Source of the DNA: Moniliella sp. 'wahieum' | Taxonomy: Eukaryota | Assembly: GCA_003971905.1 (NCBI GenBank) | Contig: RSEE01000061.1 | Coordinates: 62,001-126,000, forward strand | Length of the DNA: 64,000 nucleotides | Reading direction: 5' to 3' | In this document: piece after piece, positions 29,484 through 42,976 of the stretch | Position numbering within the stretch: the stretch's first letter is position 1 | Layout of the letters: each line of letters starts with the position of its first letter | Notes under the pieces: generated by a model | Databases searched by the model: none | Seen by the model: the letters and a program-made list of their open reading frames with translations, nothing else | What the model was told of the DNA's origin: nothing | Made by a program: the position numbers and the translations under genes

Positions 29484-32400
29484 TCAGCCGCCCGCCTGCG
29501 CCCCCGCCGCGCCCTGGGCCAGGATGCCCTCCACCACCTCCCGCACCACTGTCCGCGCCGTCGGCTCGTCCGCCGTGCACAGCAAGCCCTGGCGCAAGTT
29601 GAGCAGCCGCGTGTGCTTGGACGGGGGCAGCAGCGCTCGCGAGCGCGCCGTGGCCCGTGCCAGCACCGCCTCAAACTCGCTCAGCGGGTTGTAGGCCGCG
29701 TGCACCGAGTAGCCCAAGCAGGGGTACTGGTTCGAGTAGGCCGACGAGCGCACGCTGTCCGTCAGAAGGAGGCGGGATTGCGAGATGAGGCGAATGTCGA
29801 GTGCACTCCTGGAGAAAGAAGGACAGAGCAAAATAATACACACACAAGTCAGTCAGTGAAAACAAAGCAGCAGCAGCAAGAGACAACGTACCCGCCGCCA
29901 AAGGTGACTAGCACATGGGACACGCCCAGCGCATCAATGTCGAACCGGGGCACGTTATCTGGCGGGACCGCATGGGCCGCTTGCAGCCCCTGCAGTGCAT
30001 CCAGCACCGGGAATGTGTCCCGCAACAGACGAAGGAAGCGGATCCAGTGGACCATCTGCTTGTTGCCCGGTGCGTTGAGGTAGGCCTCGAGAAAGTAGCA
30101 TGTCCATTCGTGCGGGTTGCGTTCGGGTTTGCGATGCGGGTAGGAAGGGTGGGGCAAGCGCTCCACATCCAACCGATACTCCCATCCGCTCTTAACGTTC
30201 TCCCAGCGCACCGTCGCCAGCGCCCGGTTGGCATAGACAAAGCGGACCTGGTCCAGCCTTGTCTGTTGCAAGCCGAGGTGCGGGACCTCCTTTTTGCCCT
30301 GCAGCGATAACACTGCACGCGCCAACACAACCACCCGGAGCAACCGCACGGCAAGCTCGCGCACCTGCTCCACCGCCTGAGCCGCATGGGGCGAACTGAT
30401 GCGCATCACACGCGTCGACGGATCAAATCGCACCTCCAACCCTTCCTCGGAACGCATCGGCTCATCCGACAAGCCCACCTCGTACGACCAGCACAGGGCA
30501 AAACACATTCCTTCCCCCTCGACCCGAGCAAACAAGTTGGGCCGCACCCACGCTGCCAGCTCGCCCAGCAGTGGCGCTGCCTCGATCGAGAGAGAGGGGA
30601 TGAGTGCTTCCCATTCGTTCCCATCTGTTTTATCCTTGTCTTGCAAAGCCACAGGCCGAGTGTGGACGAGGGTTGGGGCGCGTGGTAGAAGGCAAGCTTC
30701 TGCTGCACACTGGCGTACGAAGCGACAACCCGGGCATAGTCGTGCAACCATCGGATTTCCTCGGTCGACAAGGGCGCATCGGCAGACCAGGTGGAAGGAG
30801 CGATTTTGCTGGCTAGCTGGGCGCGGTCAAGCCAGCGGATAGTCTGTAGCAGCAGCGTACCGGATGCCTCGCCGGCCGACTTGACCGTCTCCATCAGCCC
30901 TACCCGCGTCGCGTGCATCGTTGCGCCCACCACCAGGTACGCGCCCGCCCGCACCGGCACAAACACATAGCTCGCCTGTAATGTTGGGTCGAGCTGCATC
31001 CATGCCGCCTCGTTGAGCGGCAGCGTACGTACCAACGGCAGTCCCGCAAACGTGATTCGCTGCTCAAGGTCTTGCAGCAACACCTCCAATGCCACTTCTT
31101 GCCATGAAGCCAGCATCTGGTTCGGGTCTTTACGCAGGCGTGCGCCCAGCGGGGCGAGCAGCGTGCCGTACGGCCCTTGCGATAAGGACAGAAGCACATG
31201 GTCCCCTCCTGCACCGGCGGAACGACCGCTGCGCTCAATGCGCCCGACACGGTGCTCAGGCTCAGTTCCAGCGCCAGGTCCGCTGGGAGCGGGAGCGTTG
31301 CCGCTTGCCGTCGTTGCGATCCATCGAGGTGGGATGTACTGCCCTGACAGGGGCGCACCAAGTGCTCCAAGGCGCGGTGGGCATGCTCGCTCGTTGTTTG
31401 ACGCAGCGTTGTCTCCAAGTCTAACGCGTCGGGTTGCAGGGCTCTCGATTCCGACACCCCCAAGCCAGGGGCGGACCAATGTGCCGAAAGATGAGAGCGC
31501 AGGGGCGGAGCCAGCAGCTCGTCGGTCGCTGCGCCTCCAGGGCCGGAGGTGTGATGGTGATCGTTCCGGGGAAAGGCAATTGGGAGCGGGCAGCTCAGTT
31601 GTACCGCGTCGTGGTTCGGCTCGTTGCTGGAACCAGTAAGTAAGCTCGAGCGAAGTGCCTGGGTTCCAACGGACTTGTATATTGGACCCCCACTCGCGAC
31701 TGGCGAGATGGAGGGCTTGATAGTGAAGAATTTCGAGTTGGTATGTCAAGGCCGCTTGACGGAGGTAGTGGAAGAGTCGTTGAAGTGCCTTGCGATCCGG
31801 TGGAGGGGGCGGGCTTCCTCCTCCGCTTCCTCACTGGCATTGGGAGGCGGTGGTGGGGATAAGATGCTGTCAGCCTGAGAGAGAATGAGAGCTTTTTGGA
31901 TGTCGTTGGGCTTGGAAGGGAAGCGGGCCGAGCCGGCCCCAGTGACCGTGAGGTGAAACTCGATGGAGAGCAGATACCATCGGTCATGGGGCTCGTTTCC
32001 CGATAGGGTGACTTGAGCCGTAAAGAGACCCTCGGCGCGTAGAGTCGCCTTGCCATCCTGGACACTGTACTCTGCCAATTCCGATGGCAGGTCCTCCCCG
32101 CATGCGAGACGGAGACGCACAGCTGACGAAAGAGCATCAATGATAGCCAGTTGCTCCTTCAGACAGCTCGTCGCGTCGGGAGGAAGCCCGGTGACCGAGG
32201 CGGGCGCAAGGTGGAAGTTTCCCGTGCTGAGCACGTCGATTGCAGAAAGAATGTCATAGTGTCGCACTCGTGCGCCCGGCAAGCTCTTTCGCACAGCGAT
32301 CAAGTCATGGATCACTTGGTTGGCCTGGCCAAACTGTTCGTTCACCAGACCAATCAGGTCGCGTGTCTGCAGCGCCGCTTTGGACTTGGACGCCCACATG

Positions 32401-32930
32401 ACTACCACGAGCAACTTGGCCAGTTGTCGGCGCACATCCAGAACAGTGTCGAATATTTTCTTGCGTCGCTCGTCGCCCGACAAGGAGCCCATGCTGAACG
32501 CAGAAGCTGGGTCAGTAGGGGCCGACAGACACCGCAACAGAGATGCAGGCGGGGGAGCAGGGCACGCACGTCTCGCCTAGGTTGAGGAAACTCTCATAGG
32601 CAAAATTGGCCATGCGGATGACCATGTCGCGGAGCGGGATGAGACCCTCGGTCTCGTGGAGCATGTCGTTGCGTAGCTGGTCCAGCGGCAAATTGGGGTC
32701 GACGAAAGGGCGCTTGCTACGTGCACGCTCGGACAGGGGCTGGAGCGTGCGCAGGTGCGTGGCCGACGGCGCGACGGAGGGGCAGAGGCAGGGCTGCCGG
32801 CGTGCGCCGACGGCGGGGCCGAGGCGGGGATGGACACCATGGGCGACGCGGTGTCGGGGGCGGCGAGGGGAGGCGCGGCGAGGCGCGGCTTGGACGGCAC
32901 GCCGGGATGGGCGGGGGAAGGGGCGGACAT
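29484..32930 (-). CDS. MED14: Mediator subunit 14 (Rgr1), multi-exon and frameshifted
   Basis: IPLRDMVIRMANFAYESF..., RRQLAKLLVVVMW, YDILSAIDVLSTG, VRLRL...YSVQDGKATL...F-x-A-x-VTLSG match the Med14 N-terminal domain. Boundaries are approximate. Confidence 0.85.
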
Positions 32931-35213
32931 GGGGGGCTGGCGGCAAGCAGAGGCGGAGCGTGCCTGAGGAGGAGGCGCACGACGCACACACAGCCCCAGA
33001 AGCACGCCGGCGATGGACGGTGGTGGTGGTGGAGGCGGGCGGGGTGGCGGAGATGCGCGTGGCCGTGGGCTGGCTGGCTGCGCTGGCTGGCTGCGCTGGC
33101 CTGCGTGTGTCCAGGCCAGAGCGCGGCATTGGCGAGGATCGATGGCGTCGATGAGATGGATGCGACGACAGCCCCCGCTAGGGTTACGCTTTTCAACATT
33201 GCAGCGCTTGTTGCACACCGACTCTCCGAGTGGCCCGGTCGTTTGCACCGATTGCCGCTTGCTCTACACCAATCATTAATCATCGATCATCGATCATCAT
33301 CGATCGTCATCAACCACGCATCGTTAATCTTCACAGATCTCCCCTCTGCTTCCCACTGCCCCATCGACCACGCCATCGCCATCGCTCCTCTCCCTGTCGG
33401 GAGCTGAGAGAGGAGCAACAAGCTGTAAGCAAGGGTCCGCATTCCGTGTGATGATGCATGATGGACGGGGAAGCGTGGTGGCTCTGGGGCGACTTCGTAG
33501 CCCAGCGCGAACCAACTGTGTGTTACGTTGTGAATCAAGACACCTTCTGATGCATCTACTTTGTCCCTGTCGCCGTTTTGGGGACTATTGGTGCGAGGTG
33601 AAGATACTACTGTCGTTCTGCGATTGACGTCGAGTGGTAGTCGGTACAAGTACAGTACTTGCGTTCGGCGGCCGGCCGCAAGCCCTTTTACACAAGCATT
33701 TAAGGCTTACCTTTTGGGGACCAACTTCAAATTCTTCAAAGACCAAAAAATTCAACGCGCTGAGGCTGTGCACTGATGTTGAGCGCGCTGATATATGATC
33801 CCCTGAGTCTGAGCGCTGAGCCTGAGCCGCGGTGGATGGTTGTGTTGTGCGGATGCAGATGCGGACCGAAGGTGTGGGTGGATGGATAAAACAGTTTGTT
33901 GGGACCCGTGGTCCCGTACTTAGGCCAAGGTGCCTCATCACCCTTCACCCCTGATTTGTCCTCCCAAGCCTCCACGTGTATACTCAGGCTTGTTTGAACC
34001 CCTGTCTCTAGGTGTGGCACAAGGCTTAGACCTCAACCACCACCATCGCGATTGCATTGCTCTACATCTCCAGAGGTTCTTCACCCAATCCCTTGGGTTC
34101 CTCCGGTCTTACACAGTTGGTTCAATGGACGAAGATGTGGAACCTGTGCTGGGCGGGTAAAAACGGGTTTTGAAGTCGGTGCGGCCGAGGCCTGGACTCA
34201 GGCAGGCCTGAGACTCAACTCAGGCTGAGACCTCGCGGCGGGCTGGCCTGGAACGGGAGTCCATGCGCTGGTGTGCTGGCAGCGCTGAGGGCCTCGCCTC
34301 AGCGCGAAGCCTCAGCTGCCTCAGCTACCCCGAGTTCTAATAGAGGCATTTGTCAGGCCCAGCCTATAGTCCAGCCTATTAGTCCAACCCGGAGGTCCGG
34401 CACGGCCAAATGTGACGTCAGTACTCAGTGGATGAGTCTGTGCTTGCCTCGGGCCTCGGCGTAGTGCATTCTGCGCCCTGCGCCCCAGCCGGCCGCAGCA
34501 GGCCCCACACCCGCCTTTCCCAGGGCGTGGGGTGGGATCTGGGGGGGTCTGGGGGATCTGAGATCTGAGAGCGCAGCGGCAGACACTGCCCCCTTGCCCC
34601 TCTTCACTCTTGCCACGCAAGTGCTGCCGCTCTGGCGATGGGCACCTGAGGCGTGGAGCCCAGCGAATAGCGGATGCGCTGCAGGGCACCGCCAGAGACG
34701 CACTGCCCTGCCAGCGCACCGCCCGACAGCCTCTGCCTGCCACTGCCCCCCCGCCCATGGACGAGCCGGGCAGAGCGCGAGGGGGTCGGCGGGGGGGCAG
34801 CGTCACGCCCAGCGTTGCGCCGAGCGTTGCGCCCCACCCAGCATCCTCGCAAGCGGCAAGCCAGGCCGACTCGGCCCGCCGCGCCCCCCTGCCCATGCCC
34901 AGCCATCATGCATCCCAGGCAGCAGCAGGCAGAGGGGCAGATGGATGGGTGATCGATGACGTAGCCGCTGTCCGGAGGCTGAGTACGGCCAGTGTGTAGT
35001 CAGGACTCGGTACCAGCACTGGGCTCTGTCCGTACAGCTCGCATTGCACCACACTGCCCACGCACGCAACCCACCACCACCCCCCGCAACAAAAATCCTA
35101 GCCTTCCTTCCTGCTGGCTCGCCAACGCCCTCGCCTCCCCCCTGCGCGACTTGTCTCTGCTCCTCCTCCTCCCACCACCACCTCGCGTTAGCGCGCTGCT
35201 CGCCGCCTGCAGA

Positions 35214-35980
35214 ATGGCGGATCGCAACAGCTGGAAATCGCTGCTGCCCGACGACGATCCGCTGTATGTGCCGCCCCATGTCGTCCCCGCCACCCGCTCG
35301 CCTCCCCCGCCGCCGCACCTGCGCCAGCACAGGACGAAGAGAATCTGGACCAGGTCTCCTCCCGCTCTGCGCCCCCCAACCTAAGTGCCCACCAACGCAC
35401 CCTGTCCCCCCTGTCCTTGCCCGAGCGCTCGAGCCCAGCACGCAGTACTCCGTCTTGGAATGGCCAGAGCGGCGAACCAGAGTATGTGGTGCAACAGTCG
35501 CCTGTGCCTACCATCCCCTTTCTCGAGCAACGCCCTGCTCCCCCCGAGACGACGCTCACCGTCGACACGCACGCGTGCGGGGACCATCCGCTTGTACCTA
35601 CCTGGCTTTGCCATTGAGGGACTGACACTCAGCGTCAAGGCACGTCACACGGTGCACATTGTGGCAGACAAGTGGGACGACGAGTCGGGCGGGCACTTTG
35701 AGCGACGGGTATTGTTCGGTCCGGATGCCGATATGCGCAAGGTGCGCGCTCAGTTTGATGACCACTTTCTCTTGGTGCATGTTCCGTTGAAGCAGGGCCG
35801 TTCGCGCCCCAGCTCGCCCATGCAACTCCCCTGCCCCGTCCGACTCGACCTCCATCTCCTCCTGTAGCCACACCCCAGCCGGCCCGCTGGCCGAAGCTCC
35901 ATCGGCCCTCAAACCTGTCCCTCCGCTGGCTGTTGGTCTCCCCGCTGTCCCCCCCGTGGCCGACCAAGGGACCAGGTGAA
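35214..35980 (+). CDS. HSP20/alpha-crystallin-like domain protein with Pro-rich flanks, frameshifted
   Basis: LYLPGFAIEGLTLSVK..HTVHIVADKWD..GHFERRVLFGPDADMRKVRAQFD..LLVHVP has an ACD-like beta-sandwich pattern. Ends are uncertain. Confidence 0.65.
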
Positions 35981-36114
35981 AGCCAAATACCAGACTTGGC
36001 TCTGTCTTTCCGGCCATCGCTGTTCTGGTCGTGTTGCACTGCGCCGCCCGCTCTGGTGCCCAGCTTGGGCATCTTGTCTTTTTTCGCGCATTCCACTTCT
36101 TATACCCGCCTGTA

Positions 36115-36285
36115 CGCATCCATCGATGCGTACATTCACCCATCCATCCGTCCATCCATACATTCATCCATCCATTCGTCCATCTGTTCGTCCATTCATT
36201 CATCCATCCGTCCATTCATCCGCCATTGATCCATTCATCCGCCATTGATCCATCCATCCGCCATTGATCCATCCATCCATCCGTT
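36115..36285 (+). repeat. Degenerate (CCAT/TCAT)n simple repeat containing three ~19-bp CCATYCATCCGCCATTGAT units
   Basis: Direct inspection of the sequence. Confidence 0.85.
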
Positions 36286-37143
36286 CCGCCTATAGTCGAT
36301 CAGCTCCGTCGCTACGCCTCGTCTTTCTCCACGCCCCCAGTTCTGGTTCCAGGCAAGGCAGGCAATCAAGCCAGTGCCTTGCTTTCCTTATTTTTTGCGT
36401 CGTACGATGGGGCCTGAGACTCGGGCGGTGAGCCTCTGCGACCTGGACCTAGTCTTGGAACGCGCTGTTTCCCCGCCCTCTCGCTTGGCCCGTTCCCCGC
36501 CTCTTGTCTCCGCCACTTTTTTTGTTCGGCGTCCTGTCTAAGCTCCCGTTTTCCAATGTAACCCGCCACCGGTACGATCTGCCTGGTTGGTGGTCTTTTT
36601 TCTCTCAGTTGTTCTCTGTCGTTCGTTGGCCGTAGGGGCCAGTGGTACGGACCGTGCCAAGACCCCGCGGGAGGGCAGGAGGACTGGATGACAGGGCATG
36701 CAATTGCAGGTGAGGTCTACGCGAAAGCCGAGAGAAGATAAAGAACGGCGCGAACAAATACGGGACCAAGAAGGACAAGGGTGAGAGAAGAGCACGCACG
36801 GGTGAAAGGATAGGACACAGTGGCATGGTATGCATTGACAGTCGCTCGCCGTCTCACCCCCAGCTCCGCTTGATGAGCTTAGCCCCCAGAGTCAGAACGC
36901 CTAGACGCAGCTTGCAACCTGCAGCGCGCGCAAGGGTAACGTAACCGTTAGTTTAGACAGATTCCACGCTACAGCGGGGAGGAGGGAGGGGAGGGGGGGG
37001 GGTTAGTACTCCCTGTTCCACCACCTCACGCAGCAAACACCCACCCACGTGGGGCGGGCCTGTTGATAGTCCCAGCCCCAGGCACCCCATTCCGATACCC
37101 CGAGGCCGGGTGCCCATCTCGGAAACCTGCCGCACGCACCTTG

Positions 37144-38985
37144 TCATGACCCTATTCCAAGCGACCCCACAAGCCCAGGGTGGCACTCCAAAACGCATGT
37201 CAGACCGAAAGCAGCGGGAGAAACGAACAGAGCGTACCAATCACTGGGCCGGTTGGGACGAAGCTGTTGAATGTGTGGCTGGTGCGGAAACAGACCCAGA
37301 TGCAGACCCGAAGCAGGCGCAGAAGCAGGCGCAGGCACCGTCGCGGTCGCAGCGGTGGAAGTAGCAGCGCGGTTGTGCGCTTGGGCGCGCCGTCGTTCCA
37401 ACAACGCAATCCGCGCTTGCATCTCTTGAATTTGACGTTCTTTCGCCAGCAGTTCCGCGCTCGGCGCTACCACAGCCGGAACGGCAGGGGCGCGGGGAGA
37501 GGACGAGGACGAGGGCGGGCTTACCACGGCCAAGCCGGGACTAGGTGCCGGTGCCGGTACCGGTACCGGTAATGATGCAGCAGGCCGGCAGGCGGCAGGC
37601 ACAGGTACAGGTACAGACACAGGCGGAAATGGCGAACCGGTCGCGCCGCCTGTTCGGACTTTGAGACTCTGCTCGAACTGAACGATGGACTGGACCAAAG
37701 CCGGAGGGAGCGAAGCCAAGTCTGGCGCGGGCAGGCTTGATGGAGGCACAGGTGAAGGCACATGCACAGGTGCAGGTACAGGTGCAGGTGCAGGTACAGG
37801 TTGGGCGCCAAAGTTTCAGGCCGCAAGAGCAACAAGATAGGCGAGCATCTTGGCCCGTTTCGTCTCCATCTCGGGGGTTTGGGTAGGATGGTGTACGCCT
37901 GCTGCGGGAGACGGCGCGTCGTTGGTTAGTGCAATTTGTACCTTGACCTCCGGCACAAACGGTCCTTTTTTCGATAGGGCTTGTAGCTGCGCACGAAGCG
38001 AAGCGAGTTGTGCCACCATCTCTGCTGTCGACTCTGTTGGAGGCTTATCCTTGGCCAGATGCACAGACGCAGACGCAGGCACAGGCACAGGCACATGCAC
38101 AGGCACAGGCGCAGGGGCAAGGGCGATCGGCCCGGCAGGAGGGAGTGCCGTGCCCGCGGCGGAGGACACAATGTTAGAGGCGGGGAATGAGACAGAGGAG
38201 GGTAGTGAGGTCGTGGCGGGCGGCGTGAAAGGGGTCGGGTTGGCCGGGTTGGCCATGGGTGGGAGGGGTGGACCAGGTAGGGCAGGCGCCAAAGGAGGCG
38301 GTGCTGCCAACGGCGGTGGGACCGTAGGCACCAGATATGGGTGCGACGGGGCAACCCCCGTAAATGGAACGCCGGCGGAGGTGCCATTGCTCCTGCCCAA
38401 ATGAGCGGGAAGAGGCGGAGGAGGCGGGGGAGGCCCCGGCGGCAGCCATGGGGGCATCGGTGGCGGCCCGGCGGAGCCTTGCGGGAAAGAGGGAAACTTG
38501 GTGGTGGTCCGGGGGGCGGTACATGCGAGGGCGGGAGCGCTGCCAGGGTGCACAATCGCAATGTCAGTTCCACTCGAAGAAAGATTGGCACGTACGTTTG
38601 AACCGAGGTCCGGGCGGATCGGGAGGCGGCGGCGCGGCGGCGGGCCGGGCGGTGGGTGGCGGTGGGCCGGGCGGAGGTGGGCGGCGGAGTGCTGCGGATT
38701 GTCCAGATCATAGTACCCTCTTGCGCGCTTGAAGCGGCCCGAGCGCGGGTAGACGACCTGGGTGGCCGCAGGAGTGCGAGGCGCGGCGCTCCCGCCGCCG
38801 TCGTAGTCGAGCTCAAACGCCTGCTCGTGCACAGGCGGCGGGCGGGATGGGCGGGGGGGCGTCGGGGTTCAAGGGGCCGAGGGGGCTCCTTGGGCCACCC
38901 AAGGCCAGCTCGCCCTCTTCCATCTGCCCAGAGTCCGATGCGGCGGCACAGGCGCAGATGCGTCGACGCCTGCTCCGTCGGCCAT
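37144..38985 (-). CDS. Pro-rich low-complexity protein with coiled coils (hypothetical; EEGEL motif near the N-terminus)
   Basis: Long overlapping minus-strand ORFs with poly-Pro and (VP)n tracts, coiled coils MVAQLASLRAQLQAL and LLAKERQIQEMQARIALLERRR, and a good Kozak context (cgccATGg) at 38985. Confidence 0.55.
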
Positions 38986-39929
38986 GGCGGTCAAGATGGA
39001 GATGGAAGGATTGCGTTGGCCGCCGTTTGAATTCGCGTGGGCGCTGCAGCTCGGCGCTCTGCCCGCGGGACACGCAGCCGTTCCGCCGCAATTCCGCCGC
39101 CAGCTTCATGAGAAACAGGATGCTGCATGAGCGCGTGACCGGTGACCGTGACGTGTTCCCGTGAGAATCATGTGTGATGTGCCCGGTGAGGCCGGTGCCG
39201 ACGGGAGCAATAAACGTGAACAGACTTCAAGCACTCCAAACATCCCCTCTTCCTCGAGTATATCGCTCCCGCCTCAACTGGTTGAGGTTGAGTCCTGTAC
39301 GTTTCACGATCTCATCTCTTACATTTTCTGTCACGGTGGCCTGCACTATACTGTCATCATGAGGGGGAAGTCACGATGACCCGCAGCGGTGACTCCAGTC
39401 AAACGCCGTCGACCATCGCTCTTCCATGGGAAAAATATGGTATGGGTGCAGTCGCTAGCTCGGTTTTGCCCCTCCAACCTCTCGCAGTGAAGTGGCGTCT
39501 GGATATAACATCCTGGTTAGGAGCGAATGGCGGGCGCCAGAGAGCCCTGAGGCCTGACCAGCTAGCGACTCCATTTATGGTTTCCTAGCTAGTTTGGCAC
39601 GATCAAGCAGCCTCACACGCCGGATGAGCGTGCCATTTAAGCACAGCGCCTCCTTTTTGTTCTAGTCGCCTATGTGAATGAAGTTAGATTCACCTCCCAT
39701 CTATCCGACACCATACGAGGGAGGTCACCGCGTCATGTATCATGTACTAGCTACGCATGCAGCTTCCGCATATGGCCATCAATATGCAAACGCCGGTGGG
39801 CCGTGGAAGAGGAAGGAGAACGACAAGTCGTAGTAAGGATAGGAGCAAGAGGGGGGTAAAAGGGGGGAGGACGGGCTGCCAATGACAGCAGCAGGTTTTA
39901 TACTTCCTCACATGGAAAGGAAGAAATGC

Positions 39930-42900
39930 CTACTTGCTGCGCAGGTGCGGGGGCACATACGATCCCCGCGCACCGCCCGCCGGGGGGTTCGACGGAGCAG
40001 GAGAGCCAGTTCCCGATCCGGACGGCGACCGCGCCGAGGGCGAAGCTCCGCCGCTCATGCCGCCACGAGAAACAAACCCGCCCCGCGGCGGCTGGTACGC
40101 ACGAGGAGTTCCAGTCGACGGAGGGGTGTACCGTGGCGCTGGCGACGAGGGCGACGAGGGCGAGGGTGACGAAGGGTTGAACCGGCCCGAAGGGCGCCAC
40201 GCCCCGGCCGAGCGAGGAGGCAGTTCGCCACCGGCGCTCGAAGGAACGGACGGGGGACGCCAGGCACCACCACGGGTGCCGGTGCGGCGCGGCGAGCTTC
40301 GGAGCGAGCAAGAGCAGCTTCCTCGCGTTCGCGCTGCTTGGCCGCAGCCTCCTCGCGTTCCTTCTGCTCGGCTTCGAACCGAGCACGGCGCTCGGCGATC
40401 GCCGCCTGCCGGCTCTCCTCGGCTTGGCGCTCTTCTTCCTCGGCCTTTGCCCGGCGGGCTTCCTCCTCGGCCCGGCGACGCTCCTCGTCCCTCTTGGCTT
40501 GGAGCTGCTCCTTGCGCTGAGCAATGATAGAAGCGCGGTACTTCTCCTTCTCCTTGTCGCACTGGGCTTGAGCATGAGCACGGCGAGTGGCCAGAGCTCG
40601 GCGCGCGTCTCCTCGAGACGCGCACGTGCCACACGGTAGTCAGGCAGAATGGCAAGAAGACGGTCCCCGAGTCTCAACATCAGCCTGGTGCTTGGCTCGC
40701 GCAGCCTCGAGTGCGACGACCCGCACGTGTTCGTAAGCGGCCTTGTCGGCGATTTGCTGAGCAGCATAGTCTTCGTCCTGGTGCTTGATCACAGCACGAC
40801 GGTACGCCCGCTCCAGATGGTCCATCTTACGGTGGATTGCCTTAAGCCGCTCGTTCTTCTCCTTGTTCTCCCGCTCAATCTGTTCGACTTGGAGCTTGAC
40901 GAGGGTATCGGGGTCCATTTGGTCAATGTCCTTGTCCTCGAGCTTGAGCCCCTTTCTCCCGCAGACTCTGGGCCATCTTGCGCGCCTCGTCAATCCGCAC
41001 AGCTTGCAACTCCTTTTCGATGCGAGCACGTTCCCGAGCGGCAGCCTCAGCAACGGCGCGTTGCGCATCAGCTGCAGCCTGCTCCTTGGCCTTGGCGGCA
41101 GCGGCCACAGCCTCATTACGCTCGCGCTGCTGAGTCGCAGCACGGACAAGCTCTTTGCGGTGGGCGAGCAGCTCCTTGCGCGCAACGGCCGCCTCGTGCT
41201 CAGCCTTGGCCATGGCCACTGCCTTCTCGAATGCAGCTTGGCGCTTTTCGGCATCTGCCGCCGCTCGGGCACCGGGGTGAAGCACATCGTTGGCCGGTCA
41301 AGCGCGTAGGCGAGACGACTAAGCTGGGTGCGGACCAGCTCGTCGGGCGTCGACTGCAAACGGACACTGTCGGAGCTAGCGGCCGCAGCGCTGGGCTCAA
41401 TCGATGGGTGACGGTCCGTGTCAAACAGGTCATCTTGGAACGTGATGGAGCGGGAGGCATGATCAATCGACAATGCAAGGTGGCCACGCTTGCATGCGTT
41501 GAGCGCAAACTTCTCCACGTCCACCTCTGACAACTGCGTGCCAGAAACGTCCGTCTTAAGCGGGCTGACCAACTGAAGCACCTTGGCATCGTCACATGCT
41601 CATACACCTGGCTCAGTTGCTGGAAGAGACGGTGAGAATAACGTTGTGCAAAGCAGGAATGTAGCGCTTGGCAGCGGCCGGCGAAGCAGCAACAATCTGA
41701 TCCAGGATCGGCTGGGCGTCGGCACAAATCGAGAGCGGGTGGAACTGCTGCTCGAGCATCTGGTACAGCGCACGGATATGGGGGGAGGCGATGCGGAGCA
41801 CGTTGCGGCCCAGCGCATCGCGCAGCAGACCAGCTCGGGTGGGGGTACGCTGAAGACCCAGAAGGGCATTCAGGCGACCCGCACGGGTCTTGCTGTCCAC
41901 ATCCAGACCACCAATCAAAAAGTCAGACCGGCCCCGCTGCAGATTGCCGGTGCCGGGTGCTGCCGAGGTGATGACGGGACGGCCAGAGCAGACAGCAAAA
42001 CATTGTCCGCAATGGTCCGCTGCTCCTCTGGCGTCGAGGCCTTGAGCAACTGCTGGTCCTTGGGAGAGGCGGCACGGACGAGGGCGTGGTACCGGTTCCA
42101 GGAGGCGGCATGCAGCAGCGCATTGTCCGACACAAGGAAGATGCGAGCCAGTTTCTCGTAATAGTTGGCCATCATCGTCAGGCGCGGCTGTTTCTTGCTC
42201 GAAGTGAGGAGCGAGTGGATGTCCTCGACCGAACGGAAGCCTCCTGCCACAGCTCCAACTCAACCGCCGCATTGAGCTGGGCAAAGCGAATGTCGAGGTG
42301 GCGCTGTAGCGTGTCTGGGTCGGTAAGGTTGAGAGCATTGGGACTGGTGGAGTACTTGGTTGCATTCGTCACGTGCTGGCGCAACAGTTCGCACAGCGGC
42401 GGAACTCCGTCTTGCGCTGGTATGCCAGGCAAAACTTGAACGCACGCAGGGCCACATTGTGGTACACCAGCTCCAGACGCGTTGTTCTTGAGGATGTCAA
42501 GGGCGGTGCGGTAAGCCTCCCAGAGGAACTTTAGCCAGGGACAACCACCACACGGTCGCGGCGGTCACGGTCCTCCTCGACGCTAACGGCAGCGAGAAGC
42601 ATGCTCTCGGGGTTTCCTCCTGCTCCAGGTCTTCGACATGCTCGTCGGTGGCGGCCTGCTGCTGAGCCTCGTGAACGCGGGCGTTGGAAAGCTTGAGGAA
42701 GTGGGTGATGGCAGCCTCAATGCTGTTGGGAGCACCCTGAGCAATGTTTTTGAACTGGACCAGACCGTCCTTGGCAACGCGGCCCTTGCGCTGTTCAACA
42801 GCGAGGTCGATGAAGCGAAGGACGAGGGGCTCGAGCTGGCTGACGCTGACCTGGCGGATGCGGCGCTGGCCAAAGACGTCGTGCAGGGCCTGGAGCGCAG

Positions 42901-42976
42901 CGGCGCTCTGGCCAACGGCAACGAGCTCGTCGGCGCGCTTGAGGACAGTGTCGGGGCGGGCGGCTTGGCGAGACAT
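39930..42976 (-). CDS. TIF32: Translation initiation factor eIF3 subunit A (Tif32/Rpg1), frameshifted
   Basis: [69 protein letters not shown], and a C-terminal YVPPHLR. Confidence 0.95.

Noticed and set aside
36209..36285. CRISPR-like array
   Set aside because: The units are contiguous tandem repeats without unique spacers, the context is eukaryotic, and no cas genes are present.
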